Source: Balanoglossus misakiensis | Taxonomy: Eukaryota > Animalia > Hemichordata | Direction: 5' to 3' | Length of the DNA stretch: 64,000 nt | Assembly: GCA_040954595.2 (NCBI GenBank) | Contig: CM082584.2 | Span: 1,102,281-1,166,280, forward strand | Shown here: positions 1 to 14,600 of the stretch, piece by piece | Layout of the letters: each line of letters starts with the position of its first letter | Numbering within the stretch: position 1 is the stretch's first letter | Position numbers and translations under genes: made by a program | The notes under the pieces: model-generated | Database searches by the model: none | The model's input: only the letters and a program-made list of their open reading frames with translations | What the model was told of the DNA's origin: nothing

Positions 1-449
1 GCAACTTTTCCACTGGAAGAGATAATACCATTTGCCTCTATGATAGAGCAAAGGCCGGGGATGCCATTACGCCGTTAAACCTGAAATATAGATTGAGAGT
101 GGATATTGTTTTACACAATTTTTGAACATTGAAGTAAAGTATTAGAATGATGGAGTCCGATAGAAAAAGTGAGTTGGTAATTTCGGCATCCGACTTCGTT
201 ATTAAAATGGAAAGATTTGCGATTTGAGATTCGGTTACCATTTGGAAGTTTGAAAGGAAATATTTCATTCAAGTACAGTGGCAACTACTGGATTATGGAG
301 AATATTTGAAATGTTGATGAACGGAGACCTATTAGAATCAATGAAAACCTACCTTTATTGGTGTTACGGTTACTACACCTGACAGACCGCTGGTCTGCGT
401 CCGACCGATTTTGAGCTCCTAGCTCTTGTGGAGACATGCGGAGGTACAG
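1..449. repeat. Second, rearranged copy of the 5' region of the OB-fold/TatD unit (61736-62316)
   Basis: 54-449 aligns directly with ~61921-62316 (the ORFs 38..268 and 61764..62135 share MKYFLSN...NGVMASPA). 1-53 is the reverse complement of ~61736-61786. Confidence 0.9.
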
Positions 450-3400
450 CAGGTTTATTGTTTTTTTGTAAAACCATAGTTAAACTCCAAAAATCTTCTT
501 CTCCAGAACGAGCGATGACTGAGTCGCAAGATTCGGGGAGTATGGTCACTACACTGATGTCTATCAAGTTTGCAAAGAGCATTGTGATTGGTCGAAGATT
601 ATGGCGGCCATATTGGATTTTGTAAAAAACAGAGAAAAATTGAAATTCCTTTTTCTAGTCCAAAAATTGATAGCATACAAATTCTTTTATGGATATCAAT
701 CGTCATGTGACTAAAATATATAACAATTTTTTGGCGATTTTTCACATGACCTTTGACCTAATTATCACACATTATTATTTCTGCATGTCTAATTCCAGGC
801 TAACCTATAGGGCTAGAGGTTTGGTTTTTGATGAATGTGGATTAGTGTGTGATCAAAATATTTTGCTACTTTTCATGACCCCTTTGACCTCTGCTGACCT
901 CATTAATTATGCACATACCTAATTACAGGCGAACCAATAGAGCTAGAGTTTTGGTTTTTGTTGGACATGGACCAGTATGGGTAAAAAAAAATTGCCCAAA
1001 TGTTGGGTGACCTCAGGTGACCTTTGACCTACTTCACCCTATTTCAGCAGCAAAAATACACACATCCTTGTTATGTCATGAGATAATACATCCGATAGAA
1101 AATTCTGTTTCTTCTCATTCATACTGTGCATATATAATTCAAGATCAGCGCTTGGGCCCAACAATGCTGCTCGCAGCTTTAATTAGGGCCCAAGCGCAAG
1201 CAAGCGCTTGGGCCCTATTGGTTTCGTTGGGGTTTTTTAGGGCCCAAGCGCATACCAGCGCTTGGGCCCTATTGGTTTCGTTGGGGTTTTTCTTTCTTCT
1301 TTCTTTCTTTATTCTTGTGTCAATTCTTTGTCGCTCTAGATCTCAGACACCGCTGCAGGTACACTTCTGAAACTTGCTACAGTGGTCAAGGTCAATGAGT
1401 AGTCGTGCATTGAACCTGTGAATTTTTAATTAGTCACGTGACCTGGCGGCCATATTGGATTTTCTGAAAAAATGCAAATCTCAGATCTCCGAAACTACAA
1501 GTCAGATCGACTTCAAATTTGGTGTGCAGGTAGTCTACTTTCTACCCATCATTTTTGTAATTGGATATTTTGCTGTAAATGTTGCAGTTTTTTTGCTACA
1601 ATTTTTTTTCTGAAATCTGGCTTAAATTTCAAAAATCTTCTTCTCCAGAACCGGTGATAACTGAGTCACGCGGTTTGGGGTATGTGGTCACCTAACTGAT
1701 GTCTATCAAGTTTGCGAAGATCATTGTGATTGGTCGAAGATTATGGCGGCCATATTGGATTTTCGAAAAACCATAGTAAAACTTCAAAAATCTTCTTCTC
1801 AAGAACGGGCGATAACCGAGTCACAAGATTTGGTGTGTGTGGTCATTAAACAGGTGTCTATCAAGTTTGCGAAGGGGAATGTGATTGGTCGAAGATTATG
1901 GCGGCCATATTGGATTTTGTGAAAAACGATTAAAAAGTAAAAATTCCTTTTCTAGCCTAAAAATTGATAGCACAGAAATTCTTTTTATGGATATGAATCA
2001 TCATATGACAAGAATAAGCTATAAATATTTTGGTAATTTTGGCAATGACCTTTGACCTACTTTTGACGCATCATTTTTCTGCATATCTAATTCCAGGCTC
2101 ACCAATAGGGCTATAAGTTTGGTTTTTGATGTATGTGGATTTGTATGTGATCAAAAAATGTTGCTACTTTTCATTACCCCTTTGACCTCTGGTGACCTCA
2201 TTAAATATGCGCATACCTAATTAATGATGAACCAATACACCTAGAGGTTTTGTTTTTGTTATACATGGACCAGTATGGGGTCAAAATATTTTGCCCAAAT
2301 GTTGGGTGACCTCGGGTGACCTTTGACCTACTTTTGCATATCTCGACATCCACAGCAGATACAACCTTGGCGTTTGGAGGTATGGGGCCATAATGAAAAG
2401 CCAAAGTTTTGGGTCACCTTTGACACCTGCTTAACTCATTATTTATGTGCATACCTAATTCCGGGCTAACCAAAAGGGCTAGAGGTCTGGTTTTTGTTGG
2501 ACATGGACCACTATGGGTCACAATTTTCTGCCCAAATTGTGGGTGACCTCTGGGTGACCTTTGACCTACTTAACACTATATCAACACCAAGCATAGATAT
2601 AACCTTGATATTTCATGGGATAAAACACAGCATTATGTTTCTACTCATTAATTATGTGCATATCTAATAATCTGATCAGATAATAGAGCTTGGGCCCGGA
2701 CAATGCTGCTTGCAGCTTTAATCTGTCTTTCTTTCTTTCTTTCTTTATTCTTGTGTCATTTCTTTGTCGCTCTTGATCTCAGACACCACTGCAGGTACAC
2801 TTCTCAAACTTGCTACAGTGGTCAAGGTCAATGGGTAGTCGTGCATTGAACTCTTGAATTTTTAATTAGTCACGTGACCTGGCGGCCATATTGGTTTTTC
2901 GGAAAAAATGCAAATCTCAGATCTCAGAAACTACAAGTCAGATCGACTTCAAATTTGGCATGCAGGTAGACTACCTTCTGCCCATCATTTTTGTAATTGG
3001 ATATTTTGCTGTAAATGTTGCATTTTTTTTGCTACAATTTTTTTTCTGAAATCTGGCTTAAATTTCAAAAATCTTCTTCTCCAGAACCGGTGATAACCGA
3101 GTCACGGGGTTTGGGGTATGTGGTCACCTAACAGATGTCTATCAAGTTTGATATGAAGCATTGTGATTGGTCGAAGATTATGGCGGCCATATTGGATTTT
3201 CGAAAAACCATAGTAGAACTCCAAAAAATCTTCTTCTCCAGAACGGGCGATAACTGAGTCGCAAGATTCGGGGAGTATGGTCACTACACTGATGTCTATC
3301 AAGTTTGCAAAGAGCATTGTGATTGGTCGAAGATTATGGCGGCCATATTGGATTTTGTAAAAAGCAGTGAAAAATTGAAATTCCTTTTCCTAGTCTAAAA

Positions 3401-5369
3401 AATGACAGCATACAAATTATTTTCATTGATATCAATCGTCATATGACTAAAATATGTTACAAATTTTTGGCGATTTTTCACATGACCTTTGACCTACTTA
3501 TCACGCGTTATTATTTCTGCATATCTAATTCCAGGCTAACCTATAGGGCTAGACGTTTGGTTTTTGATGCATGTGGATTAGTGTGTGATCAAAATATTTT
3601 GCTACTTTTCATGACCCTTTGACCTTTGCTGACCTCATTAATTATGTGCATAGCTAATTACAGGTGAACCAATAGAGCTAGAGGTTTGGTTTTTGTTGGA
3701 CATGGACCAGTATGGGATCAAAATTTTTTGCCCAAATGTTGGGTGACCTCTGGTGACCTTTGACCTACTTTCGCATATCTCAGCATCCAGAGCAGATACA
3801 GCCATGGCATTTTGTAGGAGGGGACCAGAATGTAAAGCCACATTTTTGGGTCACCTGTGACACCTGCTGACCTCATTAAATATGCACATACCTAATAACA
3901 TCCGAACCAAAAGAGCTAGAGTTTTGGTTTTTGTTGGACATGGACCAGTATGGGTAAAAAAAAATTGCCCAAATGTTGGGTGACCTTAGGTGACCTTTGA
4001 CCTACTTCACCCTATTTCAGCAGCAACAATACACACATCCTTGTTATGTCATGAGATAATACATCCGATAGAAAATTCTGTTTCTTCTCATTCATACTGT
4101 GCATATATAATTCAAGATCAGCGCTTGGGCCCGACAATGCTGCTCGCAGCTTTAATTCTTCTTCTTCTTCTTCTTCTTCCGAGAAATTCGGCCAGGTAGA
4201 TCTGGAAAACCGCTGCACCTTGGGGGCTGAAACTTGGTAGGGTGATAGGGGCCAATGAGTAGACGTGCAGTGGCTCGTGAATATTTAATTAGTCACGTGA
4301 CCTGGCGGCCATATTGCATTTCCTGACAATCGTTAAACGAGTCCTTCTCAAAAACTACTGGGCCGATCGAGTTCAAATTTGGTGTGCAGGTAGCCTACCT
4401 TCTGTCCATCATTTTACCCCATTGAAATCATGACGTCACACATAAAGTTTTTTTGCTACAATTGTTTTTCTGAAAAACTACTTAAAACTTTAAAAATCTT
4501 CTTCTTCAGAACCAGCGATTGCCGAGTCACAGGATTCGGGGTATGTGGTCACCTAACCTATTTTTATCAAGTTTGCGAAGCGCACTGTGATTGGTCGATC
4601 ATTATGGCGGCCATGTTGGATTTTCTGAAAACCATTGAAAAATGAAAATTCTGCTTTGTAGCCAAAATGTTGACAGCACGTAAATTCTTTTTTTGGATAT
4701 GAGTCATCATATGACCGGAAGTTGTTACAATTTTTCGGGGCAATTTTGACATGACCTTTGACCCAGTTTTAAAACAACTAATTATATATGCATATCCCCA
4801 TACCTCCTCTTGTAAAAGCACCACAGTCATGAATTTTGTGGACATGGGTACCAATGCTGCCAGGACATGACACAACTATTTTGGTAATTTTGGCAATGAC
4901 CCTTGACCTATTTCTAAAACATCATTTTTCTGCATATCTAATTCCAGGCTAACCAATAGGGCTAGAGGTCTGGTTTTAGTTGGACATGGCCCACTCTGGG
5001 GTCAACATTTTATGCCCAAATTTTGGGTGACCTTGGATGACCTTTGATCTAATTTCCCATATCTCAGCATCCACAGCAGTTAGAGTCCTGACTTTTGGAG
5101 GGCCGATGGAGCAGATATGGAGTCTTACACAAGACCTCATTAATTATGCGCATACCTAATTCTAGGCGAACCAATAGAGCTAGGTGTTTGGTTTTTGTTG
5201 GACCTAGACTAGTATGGGGTCCGATTTTTTTGCCCAAATTTGGGGTGACCTCTGGTGACCTTTGACCTACTTTCCAATATCTTGGTATCCACAGCAGATA
5301 CAGCCTTGGCATTTGCTTGTTACCATGGGAACCGCTTGTGCCCCGCCAACGCTGCTTGCAACTTTAATT
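450..5369 (+). mobile_element. Nested/tandem cluster of four Helentron-associated non-autonomous (HINE/DINE-1-like) elements
   Basis: 5' palindrome AGGGCCCAAGCG..CGCTTGGGCCCT occurs twice (1185, ~1239), followed by (TTCT)n/(CTT)n microsatellites and internal GGCGGCCATATTGG and TGACCTTTGACC subrepeats. The 3' end (CTTGGGCCC subTIR + GCTGCTYGCAGC hairpin + TTTAAT) occurs at ~1184, 2722, 4157 and, diverged, 5369. No TSDs. Confidence 0.75.
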
Positions 5370-5607
5370 GTATTTTGCATTTTCTCACGGTGGCGACCAT
5401 ATTCCTTTGCGGCGAATATTTATTATTTGTCTGGTTTAAACTTGCATATGCACTCATACTTAGGGTTCATAATACTTGTAGATAGTTCAGTGCATACTTC
5501 TGTATGGGCTAAAGGTGGTGCAGTTTGAAAAAAAGTGTGATAATTTCCCAAAAGTACCAGCTGATGCACCGATTTATGTCTAATCTCTGTTTTGAATTTC
5601 TTGGCAG

Positions 5608-8600
5608 CTTAACCCAAGTTGATAGTACCCTTCTTGTCCTGGACAGAAGTCTATCTGTCAGTACAAATGGTGTAACCGTATCAGTAGATGACAACTCGTG
5701 GCATAATGTTGTCATGGTAATTGAAGAAGGCATTGTGGCAGTTTACTTGAATGGTGTTGCAGTAACATCACCCCTTCCATCCTGGACAGGTATCGATGAC
5801 TCAGAAAAGTAAGTTGCTAGTGGAACTCCGAACATTTTTAACTCCTACAAAGCCATAGAAAATTGTCATCATCACATGTTAAAATTCTATATTTTCCTAT
5901 ACTGTCAAGTTTTCCCAAGCCTCAAGAGAAGTGAACCATTTATTTGTGAAGCAGTTATCTTGTTTATAACTTATCTGCTAGGTAGCTTGTCTTACTCCTA
6001 CATGACAATACAATATCATCATAACATGTTGCGACTTACAACAAAACTGGCCAAAAAAATCAAGGGAGCAAACTATGGACATCAGCAAAGCTATCTTCGT
6101 GGCACTTTCAAATTCAAACTTATGCGGAACGATACTGATTTTCACAGTTTATTTTTGACAACTTCTTACCAGCACTTTTAATGAATTCATTATTCTCTTG
6201 TTTTTCAACAGCTGTATGGTAATTCTTGGTCAAAGCTATGACGAAAATGGACTCCTTGACAACTATTTTAGCTTCCATGGTGATGTTACACAGATGAATG
6301 TATACGATTATGTATTGACTCCTGTTGAAATCCAGAGTCTGGCTTTGAACTGTTCACAAAGTCCACTTGGCAATCATGTCATGTGGGTTGAAATGGATCA
6401 AGAGTTATTGGGTAGTGTGGTCAAAATCCAGCCATCAGCTTGTGGAAGTACCAGGTGCCCAATTGGTTACTCTGGTTCACCATGCACACCTGTTGGTAAA
6501 TAGCCTTATTCATTACTATCAAACAATTTTATGCATAATCTGACGAGGAGAAATTGGGTCATATTCACAGAGTTGATTAATCCTAAATCCTTACTTTAAC
6601 ACAGCTCTCCTTGTAATGTTGTGTCTGTCCAGGGAAAACTGTGTGAAATTTTGAGTAGTTTTTCCTGTGTACATTCACCAGCCCCTAGCTGCTGTGTGTT
6701 GTACTCCAATCACACAGCCTGCAATCTCCCTACTTTAGGAAGTATAGGGAATCATCATCTGCCCATGCCTGTATCGCTCACTCTTTTTGTTTCTACCGTA
6801 CATGTATTTAACACTGAATGTAATGATACTATTCACAACCACCATCACCATCATCATCATCATAATCATCATCACCACCACCACCACCACCACCATCATC
6901 ATCACCATCATCATCATCAGTTTCTGCTGTTCCAAGAACTAGGCTTATCATGAGTGTAATTGATCATATCAGTTATTATGCCCATGGATACCATCTCATG
7001 ACTCCTGTCCTATCTTGTAGTGTTTCTTGACAGTGATCTAGTCTATTCACATGTATCAGAAAACAAGCACTTAACAATATCTGGATTTCTCATGAATATG
7101 TGACAGATATTAACATCTAGTAGTGCATTTACCTAAATGTACCAGTGTATGCATAGGGGGTGTGGACCAGTTGTTTAATTTACAAACATTTGTTATTCTT
7201 TCATTTTTTTTTCTTCAGATAAACACGCTCCTGAAGTCATTTACTGTCCCAATACGACCCGTATAATTAGTCCTAATAGCTTGACAACAGGAGTATGGCA
7301 GGAGCCTATATTTACAGATTATGTCGCCATTGCCAATGTGACACAAACCTACACAATGGGTAAGTTTCCTATAAAATATCATTTCTGATTATAGATAATA
7401 TATAACATTCACACTAACTAAGTTTTTTTTATCGGGGTGGGGTGGGGAGTTGATCTAAACAGAAACCAACAAGCTGAGACAACTTTCCTAAGATTATGGT
7501 CAGTATGAAGCATACTGGTACAGTTTATTCTTGTGGCCGTTACTCATATATGGCTAGCACATCCTATGTGCGACAGATGATCTTGCTTCCAAGTATTAAA
7601 GCCTCAATTGCTGATACTATTACCATATGTTTATAGGCCCTTTCCTCGATCCCAGGGCAGTACAATGAAGTTAAAACTCGAAAGCATTTGTGTTTGCACG
7701 TAATTGTTTATTGGAAACAAAAGATTTGACCAACTGTTGAGCAAGGCCTTTAATCAGTAAAGTACTTAATATTCTCCACTACTACTGGGGATACCCATAC
7801 CACAAATGTTGTGTTCTCTTACAATGGGCAGTTGAATAAACGTGTGCGGCACCATATCTGTTTAGTATACATATCTTGTTCATGTTTATATGTACAGTCA
7901 CAATCAGGAGTTGATAATATGCCTGTGTATACCCACCAGATAGCTCACTTAAATGGACCATTCTAAGTTTGAAAAGAAAATCATGAAAAACATTCAAGAA
8001 ACGGAAGCTATTTTGGCTTTAGCACCCATGCCTGTAATGATGTGCATAATTTTGTTCTTACAGGTGACACCTTTTCCTGGGGAACCTACCAGATCAGCTA
8101 TGTTGCTTCAGATACAGCTGGCAACAATACACAGTGCAACTTTTTACTCTATGTACTGCGTGAGTGAATTTTTTTATCATTCATACATAAACTTTACAAA
8201 TTAATTAATATCTTGACAAATTGTCATCTCTACCCCTTGTTATGTCTTGTCACATACTGTAAAACGGGACATTTTCGTGACAGAAAATATTTTGCAATAT
8301 ATCAAAAGAGGCAACTGTGACACGAGAATTAAATTTCCGCATTCTAGTATTTTACTAACTACTCTGTTATCTCTGAAAAACATTTTATGCGACTTTATTT
8401 TCTTCTTCTTTTTTGCCGAAGTTTGGGAAAATTTGCCGTTTTACAGTAATATGATTGCATCATTATCACTTTTGTCCCTATGTAACTATCAAAAATTATA
8501 ACAACATCATTCAGAACATACAAGGACACTCAAACCCGTCTAAAACAAACCCTGTCTAATCGGGAAACCTCTCTTCAACCAACAGCTTTTCCTAGTCCCT

Positions 8601-11600
8601 TTTACATAGAAACATGTTAATGTGTTGGTGTTCTGTTTAAAAGATTTGACTGTGTAATAAATATGGGTGTCACACATACACCATTAAGACAGTTCTGAAG
8701 CATCTCAGAATTGATACTGTCTTAAAAAAACATGTGTGGACGGTGTAAGTGGTCCTGAAACGTCTCAGATTTTAGACGGCTCTGCCAGCCAGACCTGAGC
8801 CGGTGTAAGGATTAACACCTCTCCGCAACCCATTGTCTATGGGGCCGAGCCTCAGCGCCCATACATAAACTTTGTGTGTGTGGACACAACATGACTCAAA
8901 GGATTAATGCTCTGTGGTTAGCACTGGCAAATAGTGTCTCAAATTTTACCCTGTGTGAACCTGGTAAAAGAGGCATTGTGCCCTAGTGGCTAGGGTTGTG
9001 GGTTCGTTACCTAGACCTGGACATTTGGGTAGTATTTGCCTGTTGGATGATATATGAGACACAGACATTTGGGTAGTATTTGCCTGTTGGATGATAGATG
9101 AAATAAAATTAAAAATATATATATAGACAAATAAACTGTGTTCTCCTTTCTTTTACATCATTTGATTGTGAAAAGCCAGCACCACCAGTTAAAGGTATTT
9201 CCATCTGTAATGAGTTTGAGTCGGGTGTGTCCTGTCAGGTGGATTGTTTACCAGGATACAAGTTTGCAAGCCTGCCAGCACCTTACTATCTCTGCCATAG
9301 TGAAGGATCTTTTAATCCTGAGAATCCAGACGAGGAATTCACCTTCCCTGGATGTTCAGGTGAGAAAAAAATGATTTGGTATCAGTAAAGAAATATAATC
9401 AGGTTGCACATGCACATTCAGAAAATTCTCCAAAGAGAGAGAGAGTTGTGAGAGGGGGTATTCCAGCATTGAGACAATTTTCTTTTAGTTATAAATGAAA
9501 AGAGAAATATGAGTAATGCAAATTCTTGCTTTACAGTATGTCAAGGTTGTGATTACAGGTAGATAATTTGTTAACATCATATCTGCTTACCCCAATATAA
9601 AGCTCCAGTACATTTGAGCTATTTTCTTAATATTTTGTTCTGGGTAAGCAGCTGTAACTTTCCTGATTGGCTAAGCGGTTTCGCAGTCTAAGTCAATACA
9701 TCGTTCGCTAGATTGAAAATTGCATCTTTAACAAAATTTGTTTGTTTGTATTGTTCTACTGCAGCTCCTGGGAAGACTCAACGTGGAGTGAATTGTGGCG
9801 TGTCATACAATTCACAGGCTGGTACATGTAACAATGGTGTCATCCAGCAATTGAGGATCAGTTTTATGAACACTATCAACTATCTGAATGATTTGTTTGG
9901 TATTTGTGGCGGTGAATGCAACTTTGATGACCTTGAAATAACCTGCGGCGCCTCAAACCGAAGAAAGAGACAGGCTGATACTCAGCTTGTGGTTCAGTTC
10001 AGTTTCACAACCAATGCGTGAGTAGTAATTGTTATTTTTCGAGTATTTCATTCCCCTTCTGTTCTATTGAAATGACTTTGGTGACATGTCTAGGGTACTG
10101 ATCCCAGGCTGTGTGAGGACCAGCTCTGTATTCCCTATACAGCTGGTGTTTGCATTATTGCAAAATATTCCATTCATGCAAGTGAAAACAAATTATTTTG
10201 TGTCTTAACACTCAAACATTTTCAGTTTTTGGCAACCCCATCATTTCTGCCCACCTTCCTTCATGTTGCGGCATCCTGTATTCTAAAGATTCATGCATTC
10301 GAAATATACTGCAAAACGTGTTATTTTCGCGAGCAGTAAATTTCTGCAAAACATGTGCTGGTCAAAAAAACGTTAAAATAAAAAGTTGTGTAAAATGTTT
10401 TTGGAGATAATGATGCAGTTAGTGAAATACGAGAACTCGAAAATTCGTCCTCACGTAACAGTCGCCTCTTTTAATATCGCGAAAATTTCCTGTCGTGAAA
10501 ACAATTCAGTTTACAGTACACACTTCTGGTTGGTATTGTAATGTGGCATATGTAAGAATTTTTTGCCTGTTGTTTTATCCATTAGCTCTGCTGATGCTGC
10601 AGCTGTAGTTATTGAAGATGCAGTCAAGAATGGTCCTTTTGATACAGCTGAATATTCGGTCGACGCTGAGACATTACAAGTTGAAAGTACAATATTCTGT
10701 TCCAATGGTAGTGTTCTTGTTGGAGAAGAATGTGGTGAGTGCCTATACTCCTCAGTTGTTATGTACTTTAACCCTTTCACTCCCAGTTTCCTCTATAGAG
10801 GTCAAACCTTACCATAGAAAACAATTGGTTTGGACTGAACCATGGTGGTGAAAGGATTAAAACTGTGTCCAAAATTAATATTATAAAAAGGTGTAGATGT
10901 TAATATGTTTATATCGCCTGATATGACCTGTTAGGTGGGCCGTATTGCTGCGAGTGTGGTTGTGAGTCGCAGTGTACAAATTAAAGACAAGTGTGAGTGG
11001 TAAATACAACCCAACCAAGAGGTGATATAAGGAAATAATTGATTTGATATGCTCATACCAAGGAGGGACAAAGTCTCTTTCTCGCTGCCCTTTTTCCATT
11101 AATTATGTTTGATAGAAGACACAGTTAATGTTATTCTACATGTGGATATATAGTGAATCAACATTCAACCACACACAACTGCAATCCCACTTGTAGACAC
11201 AAGAGTGAAAAACTGGCCAAAATGAATGCTGTGTGTTACAATTGTAGTTGTGTTTTAAACCATTAATGCATAATGATCAGTACATGAACAATGTATACAT
11301 CTGCCTTCAACATTTTGTATTTCCACAGTATTGTGTCCTGAAGGGTCGTACCATGACACTGAGCTGAGTCAGTGCCATCCTTGTGCAATTGGATATTATC
11401 AACCCCTTGAAGGACAAACAGCATGCAATGCCTGTCCAAATAATGGAGTCACCAGGGGAAAGAGATCATTATCCATCTTGCAGTGTTTTGGTATGTATAA
11501 CAGAAGGCAATATCTCCTCCTCGTCCACAGCCATAGCCTAGTATCTAGCCGTATTCCAAAACTAGCGTCTAGCCTCACTCATGCCACTGGCCCGATAAAA

Positions 11601-14600
11601 CCCCATACCCCTTGCCGGGAATTGTGACGTATATATCAAATTATTGTGGTGTGATCCAATATGTAAAGAATGACAATTGGAATGTTCATCTCTTTGGTTG
11701 AAAAAATAATTTTTCAACAATGATGTCTATTGCAGAGAGGTGCGATGTTGGTCACTACTTTGACAACGGGACTTCTCAGTGCCAAAGCTGCCCCATTGGA
11801 TTCTGGCAATCAGAAGAAGGAAAGTTTGTGTGTAATACTTGCCCAAAGGGAATGCTTACATTAGTTGAAGGAGCTACTGATGAGTCACAATGTCAGGGTA
11901 GGTACTTGTGTTATTTGCTATTCTTGACTATCAATCACATGATCTGGCCATGTGACGTACCCATGGCGTTATCATTTGTAAGTGACAGGCAAGCAATATT
12001 TCGGCATCCAGTAAACTTTTTTCCGAGTAGGTTTTTACTTTAGAACCGCCAGATATGTAACATATTCAACAGTTTAACAAATTCACGTGAGTGAAAAGCA
12101 GATAATCGTGAATATCAAAAAATTAATCTTCTCAATTACAGAGGTATGTAAATCAGTGGGAGTCCAACTTAGTGTCAATGGGTCTTGTGAGTCGTGTCCC
12201 ATGGGAACCTATCGATCAAATGCTGAACTTCAGCCATCTTGTATGCCGTGCCCATTTGGCTTCACCACAAGAACAGTCGGTTCAACCTTAAGTGAAGATT
12301 GTAATGTTTGTAAGTATTATGTATACAACTTTTCATGTTGTATCTCAACTGTACTGAACTGAAGGTTGTATTATTGTGCCTCAGTTGTTCAAAATAATGA
12401 TAGTCCTCCAATTTTATTCTATGCTCTTTTTCCATTCCATCAACAGCTTACTGCAATGTTGGTTGGTACTTGAATCAGGAGTCCTATAGATGTGAGAAAT
12501 GCCCTGTTGGAACATATAACTTTGAATTCAACCAGGATGCTTGTCAACCATGCCCAACTGGCTACACTACAGGCAGAGAGGGTGCCCTATATGAAACAGA
12601 ATGTGATGGTAGGAATAAATTTTTCATAATCATAGAACTGATAACATGCATGAAGTGCTTGTGGAGATCAACCTTAACTGTTCAATCTGACACAAACACT
12701 TCATTATAAGAAATTTTCTTCTTTATTTAGAGTATCATTTGATATGTTGTGTGATCCAATATTTTTATATAATTTAATAATGCTCCTCTTTTAACACCTT
12801 TTCTGAAAATTTCACGGAAATAACAATATTGTAATACTGTTTTCTCAGAATTCTACATGTTAGGCTATGGAATGTGATAACCATGCACTGCATCTGGGTA
12901 GTCATCTAACTTAAAGGTATACAGTCACCTCCAATTTACAAACGCCCATATATGGCTGAAATGGAGTATATGAGAGTTCTAAAGAACATATGGTGGCGCT
13001 CTTTTTTGCATGTGCCACCCACTGAAAATCTGTGATTGGCTAGATCTCCTTTTGCCATGGTAACTATAGCTAATTTTCCATAGGTGACCGTATACCTTTA
13101 ACTGGTGATATGTATGAAGATCCCATAGTTTTATTTGGTGGTCAGTTAAAGACATTGCAAGAATTTTTGTTTTCTAGATGCACATGAATGTCGTCTTGGT
13201 CTGGATGACTGTCACCCAAATGTCACTTGCAGGAATCTTGTACCAGGATATCAATGCACTTGCAAAACTGGTTTCACTGGTGATGGAATAACTTGTACAG
13301 GTATGTAACTATCTACAACTGAAATGTCAACAGAAATATGTACAGCTAAAACGTAGAAACTACTGTTGATTTAGTATCTCTCTTGCTGCCCTTTTTCCAT
13401 TAATTATGTTTGATACAAGACACTGTTTATGTTATTCACCCGGTACATGTGGATATATAGTGAATCAACGTTCGACAGCACACAACTTCCATTCCGTTTG
13501 TAAGAAATGAATCTGCAAGTGGGTTTAGTTCTTGTCTAATACAAATGGTTCGTCAGGTAGAATAATGTGATGTGATTTTATTCTTGTGTCTAGATAAATG
13601 TGAAGGGTTCTGCTCAAACAATGCTGTTTGCATCAAGGACAGTGATGGCAATCCTGTTTGTGAATGTACTGATGAATATCAAGGTGAAACTTGCCGCCAG
13701 AGAATACCAATGCAAGTTAAAGGTGTGTATACATTTCTTTGTCTTTTAATAACTCAAGATTGAAAAACAATATTCACTAAAGTTTACACATTTGTTTGAT
13801 CTACATGATTACAGTTTACGTTGTCTTGAAAATATTTGTGAAAATGGTGAAACTGCAACATCTGCAGTATAACTAGATTTTTGGTCAACTAACCATTTTA
13901 CAATAGTTAAGCATCATAATGAATGGTTGTCTTGCTTTTATCGTAGCATATCGCCCCCGTGACAAATAGAAATATTTAAACTCTTACAGATTCCTCCGTT
14001 GACACAGCTGTCATCATTGGTGGTGTTGCGGGAGGTTTAGCGGCTGTGTTAGTGCTTGGTGTAATAATGTTACTCATGTACCAACGGTAAGTTATTTAGT
14101 ACTACCAGAGTAGAATCGAGACAGCTGTAGAAATGTTGCCCATCAGAAAACTGGGAATTTACCTGTATCTTTCCATACATGCATGAGGCAACGTGAAAAA
14201 TAATCACATCTGTATCGTGGAAGCAAATTTATTCAAAGAGTTCATGCATAGACCTATTCGCGTATAGGGTAACTGCAGTGCATCATGGTATAATTTGCGT
14301 TCAACATGCATGGCGGCTAACAAGGCAAAGTCACGCGACCAGACCGCAAAGTGTCCAACAACCACCTGCGTTATTCTACAGTAGTAAAACATCACAACAA
14401 ATCCCACATTGATGATGTTCAACTATTTGACATTCAGGTGTGCTCTTGGAGGAAAGAAACATCCAGGCTGGGAAGAACAAGAGGCAACTATGGATATCCA
14501 TTGGTTTGATGATACAGATGATGTTGATAGCAAGGCAGGGAAAAGTGTGGAAGATGAGGAAGCCTTCAGAGAAATCTATCACTACAATCCCATGTATAGT

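Noticed and set aside
373-5312. Repeated short ORFs (MQISDLRNYK.., MTFDLLHP.., MLFANLID..)
   Set aside because: Chance frames within copies of a non-coding repeat; frames are not preserved between copies.
6621-6953. Poly-histidine protein ORF
   Set aside because: Intronic (CAC/CAT)n microsatellite; it does not fit the exon phase chain.
8975-9015. tRNA/SINE-like A and B boxes (TAGTGG..GGTTCG)
   Set aside because: Spacing is too short and there is no cloverleaf; at most a SINE remnant.
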